Shown: positions 39,220 through 52,472 of the stretch, piece by piece
How the letters are laid out: every line of letters starts with the position of its first letter
Numbering within the stretch: the first letter of the stretch is position 1
Assembly (NCBI RefSeq): GCF_035084215.1
Contig: NC_090327.1
Span: forward strand, 121,706,001-121,770,000
Length of the DNA: 64,000 nt
Direction of reading: 5' to 3'
Source of the DNA: Heptranchias perlo
Taxonomy: Eukaryota
Position numbers and translations under genes: made by a program
Notes under the pieces: generated by a model
The model's database searches: none
Seen by the model: the letters and a program-made list of their open reading frames with translations, nothing else
Told to the model about the DNA's origin: nothing

Positions 39220-39632
39220 ATGTTCTGGGTGATTGTGGCCCTATTTTTACCATGTACGTCTTTCTGTTTATTTATTTATGAGTTATGTATTTAGAATTTT
39301 CATTATTTTGAAGTCAGGTAATTTTGTGCATTTTTTCCAGGGGATTGTTTTGCTGGGACCGTGACACAGACTCCGATATCGATTACAAAACTCCCCAATA
39401 AAAGTGTCAGATTTAAGTGTGTGGTGAACGCACAGAGCAGCGCGACCCATTGGTATCAGCACCGGCCGGGTCAGGAGCTCACCAGAATACTCTATTACGA
39501 CACCAGCTCCGTTCGGGATACGGATTTCAGCGCCAGGTTCAAAGCAGAAAAGAACGACAATACGTACATTTTAATAATCAATAACATCCAGGAGACAGAC
39601 ACTGCCACTTATTACTGTGCCTATTGGGACAG
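39220..39632 (+). CDS. TRGV: TCR gamma V segment V7 (leader 39220-39253, intron 39254-39340, V exon 39341-39632); family A, cassette 3
   Basis: MFWVIVALFLPWDCFAGTVTQTPISITKLPNKSVRFKC...YYCAYWD. Confidence 0.92.
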
Positions 39633-39671
39633 CACAGTGTTCAACAGAGACAGGAACCCTTTACAAAAACC
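39633..39671 (+). other. 23-RSS of V7
   Basis: CACAGTG, 23 nt, ACAAAAACC. Confidence 0.95.
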
Positions 39672-42398
39672 CGGCCTGAGCTCCCTCCTCCTCCGACACA
39701 AACAACTTGCATTTATATAATGCCTTTAACGTAGTAAAACTTCACAATGCGCTTCACGGGAGAGTAACGAGGCAAAATTTGACACCGAGTAAGAGTTAAA
39801 TCAGCTACGGTGTCTTCTATGGCTCATATTTTATGTTTCAAATTTAAAAAGTATTAAATTCTGGCAGTCTCAAATTTGTTCAGGGCTTAAAGGGTTAAAG
39901 TATGAGGACAGGTTGCATGAACTTGGCTTGTATTCCCTTAAATGATCGAGGGGTGAACTGATTGAGGTGTTTAAAATGAGAAAATGTTTGGATAGGGTCG
40001 ATAGAGAGGAACGGTTTCCTCTGGTGTAGGATTGGAGAACAAGGGGGCATAACCTTAAAATTAGAGCTACGCTGTTCAGGGGTGATGTCAGGAATGATGT
40101 CTTCACATAAAGGCTAGTGGAAATCTGGAACCCTCCCCCACCCCACCAGCCCCAAATAATCTGTGGCTGCTGGGGATCAATTGGAGCTTTCTATACTGAG
40201 ATGGATAGATTTTTATTGGGTAAGGATATCAAGGGATGTGGAGCAAAGGTGGGTAAATGGAGTTGAGGTACAGATCAGCCATTATCTGACTGAATGCAGA
40301 ATAGGCTTGAGAGGCTGAATGGCTCTCTCAAAGAGCCATCAACAACTCCATTATCATTGTATCATAGGATGACCTGAATGGTAGAAGGCGAACGACATGG
40401 ACCTTGGTCTTTTCTCGTCTAACAATTTCTATGTTTCTATAATAGAATAGGCCAGTTAACAAAAACATCTTCAAAATCTCTTTCTTTAACTTTTGTAATT
40501 CCACCAACTCTTCCACCATTGGTGTTTACCTCCTTTGTTACCTCCCAAGGCATATTTTCCACATTAAAGACACAATATAGGATCATTGACTCATAGAATC
40601 ATAGAATGGTTACAGCACAGAATGAGGCCATTCAGACCTTCGAGTCCATGCTCGCTCTCTGCAAGATCAATCCAGCTAGTCACACTCCCCCATCCTATCC
40701 CGGTAGCCCTGCAAATTAATTCTCTTTTGAAAGCCACAATTGAATCTGCCTCCACCACCCCCTCGGGCAGTGCATTCCAGATCCTAACCACTCGCTGGGT
40801 AAAAATGTTTTGCTTCATGTCGCCTTTGGTTTTTTTCCCAATCACCTTAAATCTATGTCCTCTGGTTCTTGACCATTCTGCCAATGAGAACAGTTTCTCT
40901 CTATCTAATCTGCCTGGACGCTTTATGATTTTGTATACATCTATAAAATCTCCTCTCAATCTTCTCTGCTCTAAGGAGAACAACCCCAGCTTCTCCAGTC
41001 TATCCACATAACTGAAGTCCCTCATCCCTGGACTCATTCTAGTAAATCTATTCTGCACCCTCTCTAAGGCCTTCACATCCTTCCTAAAGTGCGGTGCCTA
41101 GAACTGGACACAGTTGTGGCCGAACAAGTGTTTTATACAGATTCATCGTAACCTCCTTGCTTTTGTACTCTATGCTTCTATTTATAAAGCCCAGGATCCC
41201 AAATGCTTTCTTAACCACTTTCTCAACCTGCCCTGTCACCTTCAACGATTTGTGCACATATACCCCCAGATCACTCAGTCCTGCACCCCTTTTAGAATTG
41301 TACCCTTTAGTTTATATTGCCTCTCCTTGTTCTTCCTACCAAAATTTCTCACTTCACACATTTCAGTGTTAACTTTCATCTGCCACGTGTCCGCTCATTC
41401 CACCAGCCTGTCTATGTCCTCATGAAGTCTATCACTATCCTCCTCACTGTTCACTACCCTTCCAAGTTTTGTGTCATCTGCAAATTTTGAAATTGTGCCC
41501 TGTACACCCAATCATTAATATATATCAACAAAAGCAATGGTCCTGGTGCCGACCCATGGGGGACACCACTGTATATCTACCTCCAGTCTAAAAATCAACC
41601 GTTCACCACTACTTGCTGCTTCCTGTTACTTAGCCAATTTTGTATCAATGTTGCCACTGCCCATTTTATTCCATGGGCTTAAACTTTGAGGACAAGTCTA
41701 TTATGTGGCTCTTTATCAAACTTTTGGAAGTCCTTATACACCACATCGACCACATTGCCCTCATCGACCCTCTCTGTTAACTCATAAAAAAACTCAATTA
41801 AGTTAGTTAAACACGATTTGCCTTTAACAAATATGTGCTGGCTTTCCTTAATTAATCCACACTTGTTCAAGTGACTGTTAATTTTGTACCAGATTATCGT
41901 TTCTAAAAGTTTCCCCACTACCAATTGCTATCAACTGTTTAAGTTCAATTTTAAAGTTTAAATTTTTAAGTTTCTGTCGGGCTTCAGCAGAGAGAGCTGC
42001 TGTAGCAAGTTAATTGGTTAGCTAGATTAAACTGGTACCTGAAGGTGGGGCAGGCCTGACTCATCTGAGTCACAAACTGTAGAAATACAGGGGCCTGTCA
42101 GTGCGACAGCACAGTGTGCGGACAATACCGTGTGAACTGAGAGTTTGGTACATGTGGGAGTTCGGTGAAGTGGGGGAAGGAGGTGCTGCTTTGCCTTGCT
42201 TTTCCTAACTTTTTCCCCAGAGCGGCAATGGACCTGAGAGTAGAAGAATGAGATTGGGGAATAAAAGCAGCAGCAGACCTGCAACAAGAGACAACTACTG
42301 TGCGACATCACAGGTGAGGCAGGAGAGTCTGAGAGGTGAGCACAGTATAAAAGGAGAGACCTAGAGCGGGAGGAGAGTAGGAAAGTCTAAGGCAAGTC

Positions 42399-43347
42399 AT
42401 GGCAGCACAGCTCGCACCCGTGATATGCTCCTCCTGCACTATGTGGGAAATCATGGACACTACCAGTGTCCCTGGCGCCCACGTGTGCAGGAAATGTGTC
42501 CAGCAACAGCTACAGGCTAACTGTCTTTCGGAGCTGGAGCTGTGGGTGGATTCACTGTGGAGTATCCGTGATGCTGAGACTATCGTGGATAGCACGTTCA
42601 GTGAGGTGGTCACACCGCAGGTAAAGATTACACAGGCAGAAAGGAAATGGGTGACCACCAGCAGAGTAAAAGGACTAGGCAGGTAGAGCAGGAGTCCCCT
42701 GGGGCCATCTCCCTCTCAAACAGATATTCTGCTTTAGATACTGTTGGGGGAGATGGCTTATCAGGGGAAAGCAGCAAGAGCCAAGTTCGGGGCACCACGG
42801 GTGGCTCTGCTGCACAGGAGGGGAGGAGGAAGAGTGGCAGGGCTATAGCGATAGGGGATTCAATTGTAAGGGGAACAGATAGGCGTTTCTGCGGCCGCAA
42901 ACGTGACTCCAGGATGGTATGTTGCCTCCCTGGTGCTAGGGTCAAGGATGTCATGGAGCGGCTGCAGGGCATTCTGGAGGGGGAGGGTGAACAGCCAGTA
43001 GTCGTGGTCCATGTTGGTAGCAATGACATAGGTAAAAAAAGGTTGAGGTCCTGCAATGTGAATTTAAGGAGTTAGGAGATAAATTAAAAAGCAGGACTTC
43101 AAATGTAGTGATCTCAGGATTACTACCGGTGCCACGTGCTAGTGAGTATAGGAACAGGAGAATAGACAGGATGATTACGTGGCTGCAGGGATGGTGTAGG
43201 AGGGAGGGATTTAGATTCCTGGGACATTGGGACCGGTTCTGGGGAAGGTGGGACCTGTACAAGCGTGACGGGTTACACCCGAGCAGGGCCGGGACCAATG
43301 TCCTCGCGGGGGTGTTTGCTAGTGCTGTTGGGGAAGGTTTAAACTAG
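42399..43347 (+). pseudogene. CR1 ORF1 (CxxC...CxxC zinc finger and SGNH/GDSL esterase-like domain), frameshifted
   Basis: CSSC...CRKC; GDSIVRG...PGARV...HVGSND...DGLHPS, split over three ORFs. Confidence 0.85.
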
Positions 43348-43616
43348 AGTGGCAGGGGGATGGGAACCTGAGCGGGGAGTCAGAAGGGAATAAAGTTGAG
43401 AGCAGCAAGAGAGGGGAAGACCCAGGGGAAATCTACAATACAAATAGTACAAACAGTTGTTCGAGAACAAGTGAAAGGGAAAAGCGTAGAGCAGCGGAAA
43501 GAAAGTGTACGTTAGGCACGGCAGATAAAATAAAAACAAGAAGGAGTAAGGCGATTAACCCAGCATCAAAGCTGTGACAGGGGGTTGGGAACCTGAGCAG
43601 GGAGACAGAGGAAAGC

Positions 43617-46493
43617 GTGTCAGGAAGGGACAGAAGGATTGGAGTAAAAGGTAAAATGTTAAAAAAGGAAAAAGCAGGAACTAAGTGTCACAAAACATAT
43701 TTGAAAGTTCTTTATCTGAATGCACGTAGCATTCGTAACAGAATGGATGAGTTAACGGCACAAATAACTATGTATGGCTATGATCTTGTGGCCATTACAG
43801 AAACATGGCTGCAGGGTGACAACGACTGGGAATTAAATATGCCAGGGTATTTAACAATCAGGAAGGACAGGCAGGAAGGAAGGGGAGGTGGGGTGTCTAT
43901 GTTAATAAAGGAAGGAATCACTGTAATACAGAGAAATGATATTGGGACAAAGGATCAGGACAATGAAACAGTTTGGGTAGAGATAAGGAATAATAAGGGG
44001 GAAAAACACTAGTGGGCGTAGTATATAGGCCTGCTAATAGTTGCAACTCTGCTGGAAGAAGTATTAATCAGGAAATAGTCGGGGCATGTAATAAGGAAAC
44101 AGCTATAATTATGGGGGATTTTAAGTATCATATTAACTGGACAAATCAAATTGGGCAGGGCAGCCTTGAGGAAGAGTTTATTGAGTGTATTAGGAATGGA
44201 TTTCTTGAGCAGTGTGTAACTGATCCTCCAAGGGGGCAGGCAACCTTGGACCTGGTCCTGTGTAATGAGCCAGGATTAATTAATAATGTCCTAGTTAAGG
44301 ATCCCCTTGGAATGAGTGACCATAACATGGTTACATTCCATATCCAATTAGAGGGTGAGAAGGTTGGTTCTCAAACAAGCGTACTGAGCTTGAATAAAGG
44401 AGACTATGATGGTATGAGTGTGGAATTGATTAAAATGGAATGGGAAAATAGATTAAAGGGTAAGACGGTACATGAGCAGTGGTGTTTATTTAAGGAGTTA
44501 TTTTACAACTTTCAAAAAATATATATTCCACTGAGGAAAAAAGGGTGTAAAAGAAATGACAGCCATCCGTGGCTAAGTAAAGAAATTAAGGATAGTATCT
44601 GACTAAAAACAAGGACATATAAGGTAGCCAAACTTAGTGGGCGGATAGAAGATTGGGAAGTCTTCAAAAGACAGCAAAAAGTAACTAAAGGATTGATTAA
44701 GAAAGGGAAGATAGATTATGAAAATAAATTAGTAAAAAATATAAAAACAGATAGCAAGAGTTTCTATAGTTATATAAAAAGAAAAAGGGTGGCTAAGGCA
44801 AACGTAGGTCACTTAGAGGATGGGACCGGGAAATTAATGGTGGGAAACATGGAGATGGCAAAAATGCTGAACAAATATTTTGTTTCAGTCTTTACGGTTG
44901 AGGACACTAAGAATTTCCCAACACTGGACAAACAGGGGGCTCTGGGGGGGGGGGGGGGGAGAGCTAAATATGATTAAAATCACTAAGGAATTGGTACTCA
45001 GTAAATTAATGGACCTGATGGCTTACATCCTAGGGTATTGAGGGAAGTGGCAGTAGGGATTGTGGATGCTTTGGTAATAATTTTCCAAAATTCTCTGGAC
45101 TCGACGAAGGTCCCGGCAGATTGGAAAACTGCTAATGTAACACCCTTATTTAAAAAGGGTAGTAGGCAGAAGGCTGGAAATTATAGACCAGTTAGCTTAA
45201 CATCTGTGCTGGGTAAAATTTTGGAGTCTATTTTTAAGGAGACAGTAGCAGAACATTTGGATAAACATAATTTAATAGGACAAAGTCAGCATGGTTTTAT
45301 GAAGGGGAAGTCATGTCTGACAAATTTGCTTGAGTTCTTTGAGGACAAAACGTACAGGGTGGATAAAGGGGAATCGGTGGATGTAGTGTATTTAGACTTC
45401 CAGAAGGCATTCGACAAGGTGCCACATAAAAGATTATTGCTCAAGATCAAGAATCACTGGATTGGGGGTAATATTCTGGCATGGGTGGAGGATTGGTTAT
45501 CTAACAGGAAGCAGAGAGTTGGGATAAATGGTTCATTCTCGGACTGGCAACCAGTAGCCAGTGGTGTTCCACAGGGGTCGGTGCTGGGTCCCCAACTCTT
45601 TACAATCTATATTAACGATTTGGAGGAGGGGACCGAGTGTAACATATCAAAGTTTGCAGATCATACGAAGATGGGAGGGAAAGTAGAGAGTGAGGAGGAC
45701 ATAAAAAAACCTACAAGGGGATATAGACAGGCTGGGTGAGTGGGCGGAGATTTGGCAGATGCAATACAATATTGGAAAATGCGAGGTTATGCACATTGGC
45801 AGGAAAAATCAGAGAGCAAGTTATTATCTTAATGGCGAGAAACTGGAAAGTACTGCAGTACAAAGGGATCTGGGGGTCCTAGTGCAAGAAAATCAAAAAG
45901 TTAGTATGCAGGTGCAGCAGGTGATCAAGAAGGCCAACGGAATGTTGGCTTTTATTGCTAGGGGGATAGAATATAAAAACAGGGAGGTATTGCTGCAGTT
46001 ATATAAGGTATTGGTGAGACCGCACCTGGAATACTGAATACAGTTTTGGTGTCCATACTTAAGAAAAGACATACTTGCTCTCGAGGCAGTACAAAGAAGG
46101 TTCACTCGGTTAATCCCAGGGATGAGGGGGTGGACATATGAGGAGAGGTTGAGTAGATTGGGACTCTACTCATTGGAGTTCAGAAGAATGAGAGGCGATC
46201 TTATTGAAACATATAAGATTGTGAAGGGGCTTGATCGGGTGGATGTGGTAAGGATGTTCCCAAGGATGGGTGAAACTAGAACTAGGGGGCATAATTTTAG
46301 AATAAGGGGCTGCTCTTTCAAAACTGAGATGAGGAGAAACTTCTTCACTCAGAGGGTAGTAGGTCTGTGGAATTTGCTGCCCCAGGAAGGTGTGGAAGCG
46401 ACATCATTAGATAAATTTAAAACAGAAATAGACAGTTTCCTAGAAGTAAAGGGAATTAGGGGTTACGGGGAGCGGGCAGGAAATTGGACATGA
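43617..46493 (+). pseudogene. CR1 ORF2 (AP endonuclease and reverse transcriptase), disrupted
   Basis: [38 protein letters not shown]; several frameshifts and stops. Confidence 0.88.
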
Positions 46494-46949
46494 ATTTAAA
46501 TTTGAGGTTAGGATCAGATCAGCCATTATCTTATTGAATGGCGGGGCAGGCTCGAGGGGCCGATTGGCCTACTCCTGCTCCTCTTTCTTATGTTCTTATG
46601 TACCAAGATTAAACTGACTGGCCTGTAGTTGCTGGGTTTATCCTTACACCCTTTTTTGAAAAAGGGTGTAACATTTGCAATTCTCCAGTCCTCTGGCACC
46701 AACCCCATATCTACAGATGATTGTTAGATTATGGCCAGTAGCTCTGCAATTTCCACCCTTACTTCCCTCAGTAACCCAGGATGCATCCCATTTGGATGGG
46801 ATGACTTATCTACTTTAAGTACAGCTAGCCTTTCTAGTACCTCCTCATTATCAATTTTTAGTCCATCCAGTAACTCAACTACCTCCTCTTTTCCTGTGAC
46901 TTTGGTAGCATCTTCTTCGTTGGTAAAGACAGATACAAAGTACTCATTT

Positions 46950-47450
46950 CGTTTTTTTTTATTCGTTCATGGGATGTGGGCGTCGCTGGCGAGGCCGGCA
47001 TATATTGCCCATCCCTAATTGCCCTTGAGAAGGTGGTGGTGAGCCGCCTTCTTGAACCACTGCAGTCCATTTGGTGAAGGTTCTCCCACAGTGCTGTTCG
47101 GAAGGGAGTTCCAGGATTTTGACCCAGCGACGATGAAGGAATGGCGATATATTTCCAAGTCGGGATGGTGTGTGACTTGGAGGGGAACGTGCAGGTGGTA
47201 TTGTTCCCATGTAACTGCTGCTCTTGTCCTTCTAATTGGTCGAGGTCACGGGGTTGGGAGGTGCTGTCGAAGAAGCCATGGCGAGTTGCTGCAGTGCATC
47301 CTGTGGATGGTACACACTGCAGCATCAGTGCACCGCTGGTGAAGGGAGTGAATCTTTTGGGTGTTGGATGGGGTGCCAATCAAGCAGGCTGCTTTGTCCT
47401 AGATGGTGTCGAGTTTCTTGAGTGTTGTTGGAGCTGCACTCATCCAGGCA
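46950..47450 (-). mobile_element. 5'-truncated copy of the second LINE family (same as 5612-8163), cassette 3 only
   Basis: ttcatgggatgtgggcgtcgctgg tail; empty site tactcatt.agta.atacaagttg in cassettes 1 and 2. Confidence 0.85.
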
Positions 47451-48307
47451 AGTTGTTGCCATATAAATTTGCGGGTGAGACAACTTTTTAACTATCGCTG
47501 TGAACAGCTAGAATTGATAATACGAAAGTAGTCACTCTGCTTTTCAAACGGTATTTGAAAATTATTCCACTATTCCTAGCAACTGATGCAGTCTTCCTGT
47601 CTCTTTACCAAACTTCCACTCATACAATGCGCACATTCCTTTCATTGCTGAAAAATAGGGTCTTCGGAAGGAGACATCATCTAAGATTGTTAACAGACAC
47701 GGACAGGAAAAGGGTTAAATCTATTTTCAAAAGTACAACGGATGTTGTACACAGAATCTCGTGCAGTTAGTTTCCCTTCTGGAATGAAAGCTGGTTCTCA
47801 AGAAGGGACACGAACCTATGAGATTATCTGGTCCAGTATCAGACGGTCAATACATGGAATATGACATGGCGGTGTGCGGAAGCCCAGTGAGGTGGGTCCA
47901 GGGATGTCGAATGAGGAAGATAAGATGAAAGGGAAAGTGAAGGGAAAGCATTATGAGATGAAAGTCATCTCACTCATGTTAATCAATAGGATAACTTCAC
48001 CCAATGGCCACACACAAACGCACCTCAAACTGTTTTTTTTTAACTCGGAGGCTCGCACTTTCCAGAGAGCCGCTGTTAAACCGAACACTTCATTCCCCCA
48101 TGAATAAAACGGCGCGCAACAGAATGTTGCAAATACTGTAATCGATCAGGGCGACTAGAAAGAGGAAAAGGAGAGGGCGGGGCGGGTTTAAAACGGGAAG
48201 GAATGTCTCACTGATTGGGTTGAGAGTAGCGAGTCATTTCCTTTTTCATTCTCACCATCTGGTTGAGTGAATCGTTCATAATCCAGTAGCGGAGTGAACA
48301 GAGCGAC

Positions 48308-48747
48308 ATGTCACTGCATTACTGGGTCATTGTGCTGACAGTGTTGCCCTGTATGTGTTTTTGATCCGTTATTCAGATGTTGTTATTCAGTCTCCTCTAT
48401 CACACCGATCTTTTATCCGTATGTATTCTTTTTTCAGGCGGATGTTTTGCCCAAACCTTGACACAGCTTTACCCATCGGTTACCAGTTTAGCTGGTAAAA
48501 CGGGTAGATTCCTCTGTGAAGTAAAAGGTGCATCGATCGACAGCAGTAATCCCATCCATTGGTACCAGCACAAACCCGGCCAGCCACCCACCAGAATACT
48601 TTATTATAATGGGAAAACAACATCGCGGGATCCGGGATTTGATAACAGGTTTAAAGCGGGAACGAGTAAAGGCACCGAATTCTACCTAGCAATCGACAAA
48701 GTAAAGGCAGAGGAAGCGGCCACTTATTACTGTGCTCGCTGGGTAGA
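48308..48747 (+). CDS. TRGV: TCR gamma V segment V8 (leader 48308-48350, intron 48351-48437, V exon 48438-48747); family B, cassette 3
   Basis: Protein matches V4 except EFYL for EFHL and DKVK for DQVK. Confidence 0.92.
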
Positions 48748-48786
48748 CACAGTGCGAAACAGATAAACAAACCCTGTACAAAAACC
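48748..48786 (+). other. 23-RSS of V8
   Basis: CACAGTG, 23 nt, ACAAAAACC. Confidence 0.95.
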
Positions 48787-50214
48787 CCGAACCACTCGAG
48801 CTTTAATTATCAGAGAAAGCCACAGACTCCTCGTTGATTCGGGAAAAGCAGCAGCGAAACCCCAGCTGGGTTTGTGGCTTAACCTTTTCTGCCTAAACCG
48901 ATGAAATGCCAAGTCACCGGTTACCTCTGTCATTTTCATCTATGTGCTTCTTTTGAAGTGCTCATGGAGTTAAAACTGTAAATGGGCTTCTGCATGACCT
49001 GAAAGTTCTCGTGGAATTAAAACGCCGAAAGCTGCCCTAGTTGAAAGTTCGCGGCCGCGGTATAAGATGGACCTGCTCTGCCGTGTTTAGTGAGGTTCCC
49101 CTGCGGGGTTTTATACTGTAGAGGTGGTCCTTCAGAGACCGACTCCCATGGTGTGGATATTCGGCCACCAGGGGTCCGATGTTCTGGACCAGCGGTGAGG
49201 GAGCCGTCTTTAACACTGGGTGTTCCTGGCCAGCTCTGGCCCCATTGGCACAGCAAAAATTTCCACCGAGGACAAACTTTCTCATTTCCTGGACTTTACA
49301 AATAGAGGCACAGAGTACAAAAGCAAGGGAATTGTGCTAAACCTGTGTAAATCACTGTTTAGGCCTCAGCTGGAGTATTGTGCCCTATTCTGGGCACGAC
49401 ACTTTAGGAAGGATTTCAAAGCCTTGGAGAGGGTGCACATAAGGTTTGCCAGGATGATACCAGGGAGAGGGACTTCAGTTAAGTGGGGAGACTGGAGAAG
49501 CTGGGATTGTTCTCCTTGGAACAGAGAAGGTTAAGGGGCGAATTAATGGAGGTATTCAAAATTATAAAGGGTTTTGGTAGAGTAGACAGGGAGAAACTAT
49601 TTCCACCGGCAGGAGGGTCAGTAACCAGAGGACACAGATTTAAGGTAATTGACCAATGAACCAGAGGGAGGTGATCATTTTTTAATGCAGAGAGTTATTA
49701 TGATCTGTAATTCACTGCCTGAAAGGGTGGTGGAAGTAGATTCAATAGCAACTTTCAAAGGGATTTGGTTAAATACTTGAAAAAGAAAAAAATGCAGGGC
49801 TATTGGGGAAGAGTAGCGGAGTGGGACTAATTGAATAGTTCTTTCAAAGAGCCGGCACCGGCATGATGGGCTGAATGTCCTCTTTCTGTGCTGTATGATT
49901 CGAGCACCTGTGCGTGATGTCACCACACCTGACACTCCAAAATGTCACGGCCAGCACTGGATTCGGTTCATGCTGCAGCCCATTTACAGGAAGAATGAAT
50001 GCACATTAAAAATAAATGGACAAGACCGCGTTAGTTCACTCTCCGGAGTCCCCTATCACGAGGTAAAAGTAGCTGGAGACCTGAGCTAGCACGGCCTGGT
50101 CCTGTTCCATGGGTCCACTTAGCTACATCTGCTAGGAATCACGATGATGACACCCAGGGCCACCCACTTGTTGCCCAGATTGTGCAGGCCAGAGGCTCAG
50201 GACTCTGCTCATAA

Positions 50215-50620
50215 CGAAAAAACATGTTTTTCTGTAGCGCCTTTTACAACCCCTGGACCTCCTGATTTGCTTTACAACCAATGAAGGACTATTTGAAATG
50301 TAGTCACTGTTGAACAAACAGCAATGTGACAACGACCAGATGATCTGCTTTTGGTGATGTTGGTTCAGGGCTAAATATTGGCCAGAACAGCAGGGAGAAC
50401 TCTCCTACTCTTCTTGAAATAGTGCCATGGGACCTTTTATGTTCACCTGGGAGGACAGAGGACGACTCAGTTTAGTGTATCATCTGAAAGATGGCACCTC
50501 TGCTAGTGCAGCACTCCCTAAATACCACACTGAAGTATCACCCTCTCTAGAGTGGGACTATGAACCCACAACCTTCTAACTCAGAGGCGAGAGTGCTACC
50601 AACTGAGCCAAGGCTGACAC
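50215..50620 (-). mobile_element. tRNA-derived Deu-type SINE
   Basis: Minus strand gtgtcagccttggctcagttggtagc (A box) ... ggttcatagtcc (B box); core as at 34460. Confidence 0.72.
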
Positions 50621-50833
50621 GTTAGTGTAACATTGTCCTTTGGAGAGTAGTTTTCGGTGAACAAGTTCAGAGCTCCGATCTGGACAGACATTTCCATATT
50701 TCACACCTCTCCCCGAATTCCCAATGGGAATATGGATAAACACCAAGAGATTTCTGAGCAGTCAATCATTGGAGCTTCTAGAAACTGTGTAAATAATTGC
50801 CCAGTTTCTCTAAAGTGGCTGAGACTTGGGCTA

Positions 50834-52035
50834 GAACATAAATAATAGGACCAGGAGTAGGCCATATGGCCCCTCAAACCTGATCCACCATTCAATAAGA
50901 TCATGGCTGATCGTTGACCTCAACTCCACTTTCCCACCCGATCTCCATATCCATTGATTCCCCTAGAGTCCAAAAATCTATCGATCTCAGTCTTGAATAT
51001 ACTCAACGACTGAGCATCCACAGCCCTCTGGGGTAGAGAATTCCAAATATTCACGATCCTCCGAGGGAAGAAATTCCTCCTAATCTCAGTGTTAAATGTC
51101 TGACCTGATATCCTGAGACTGTGTCCCTTAGTTCTAGTGAAACTTTGCTGCACAGCCTCCAGGGCAAGTATATCCCTCCTTAGGTAAGAAGATCAAAACT
51201 GCACACTGTACTGCAGGTGTGGTCTCACCAAGGCCTTGTACAATTGCAGCAAGACTTCCTTATTCTTGTACTGCAATAAAGGCCATCATACCATTTACCT
51301 TCCTAATTGCTTGCTGTACCTGCATGTTAACTTTCTGTGTTTCATGTACAAGGACACCCAAATCCCTCCGAACACGAACATTTAATAGTTCCTCACCATT
51401 TAAAAATATTCTGTTTTTCTATTTTTCCTACCAAGTGAATAACCTCACATTTCCACAAATTATACTCCATCTGCCACCTTCTTGCCCACTCACTTAACCT
51501 GTTGGTATCACTTTGCAGACACTTTGCGTCCTCCTCACAGCTTACTTTCCCACCTAGCTTTGTATCATCAGCAAACTCGGTACATTACACTTGATCCCTT
51601 CTTCTAAGTCATTAATATAGATTGTAAGTAGCTGAGGCCCAAGAAACAGATCCCTGCGGCACTCCACTAGTTACAATCTGCCAACCTGAAAATGATCTGT
51701 TTATTCCTACTCTCTGTTTTCTATCCTTTAACCAATCCTCAATCCATGCTAATATATTACCCCCAAACCCCCGAGCCCTAATCTTTTGCTAATCTCTTCC
51801 TCTTACAATCTGTTTTTATATTTCTTGCTAGTTTACTCTCATACTCAATTTTCTCCCTCTTTATCAATTTCTTGGTTATCCTTTGCTGATATCTAAAACC
51901 CTCCCATTCCTCAGGCTTATTACTCTTTTTGGCAACATTATAAGCCTCTTCTTTTAATCTAATTCTATCCTTAACTTCTCTAGTTAGTCTCGGTTGATTC
52001 ATCTTTCCCGTAGAGTTTTATATTCCTCAAGGGGC
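50834..52035 (-). mobile_element. CR1 fragment with internal deletions at the right boundary of cassette 3
   Basis: Tail and ORF2 fragments. Confidence 0.8.
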
Positions 52036-52138
52036 TGTAAGAAAATATGAAGAACGGAAAGTGAGAAAAGAGATAAGAGGCAGAGAAAAGGGGAAAGTGA
52101 CAGGTAAAATACAGTCAGAAAAGCAATACCGTAACACC

Positions 52139-52472
52139 AGAGGTGTTCAAAATCATGATCGGTTTTGACAGAGTAGATAAGGAGAAACTGTTTCCAGCGG
52201 CAGAGGGCTCGGATTTAAGGTGATCAGCAAAAGAGCCAAAGGCAACATGAGGAAACATTTTTTTACGCAGCCAGTTGTTATGATCTGGAATGCACTGCCT
52301 GAAAGCGTGGTGGAAGCAGATTCAATAGTAACTTTCAAAAAGGAATTGGATAAATACTTGAAGGGAAAAAATTACAGGACTATGGGGAATTGGACTAAAT
52401 GGATAGCTGTTTCAAAGAGCGGCACAGGCGCGATGGGCCGAATTGCCTCTTCCTCTGCTGTACCTACTATGA
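52139..52472 (+). mobile_element. CR1 3' fragment
   Basis: FFTQPVVMIWNALP motif. Confidence 0.75.

Larger units (their letters stand above)
41925..46600 (+). mobile_element. Full-length CR1 LINE (4676 bp) with TACCAA target-site duplication, nested in an antisense CR1
   Basis: TSD at 41919-41924 and 46601-46606; empty site ccactaccaaggttaaac at ~31321; tgttctta tail repeats. Confidence 0.93.
14318..50840 (+). repeat. Tandem segmental triplication of a two-V cassette (units ~14318-24540, ~24540-35090, ~35090-50840)
   Basis: Unique intergenic blocks recur three times in the same order (e.g. aagaactatt at ~14772, ~24992, ~35539; ORFs at 21498, 31708, 47555) with alternating family A and family B V segments. 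Confidence 0.92.
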
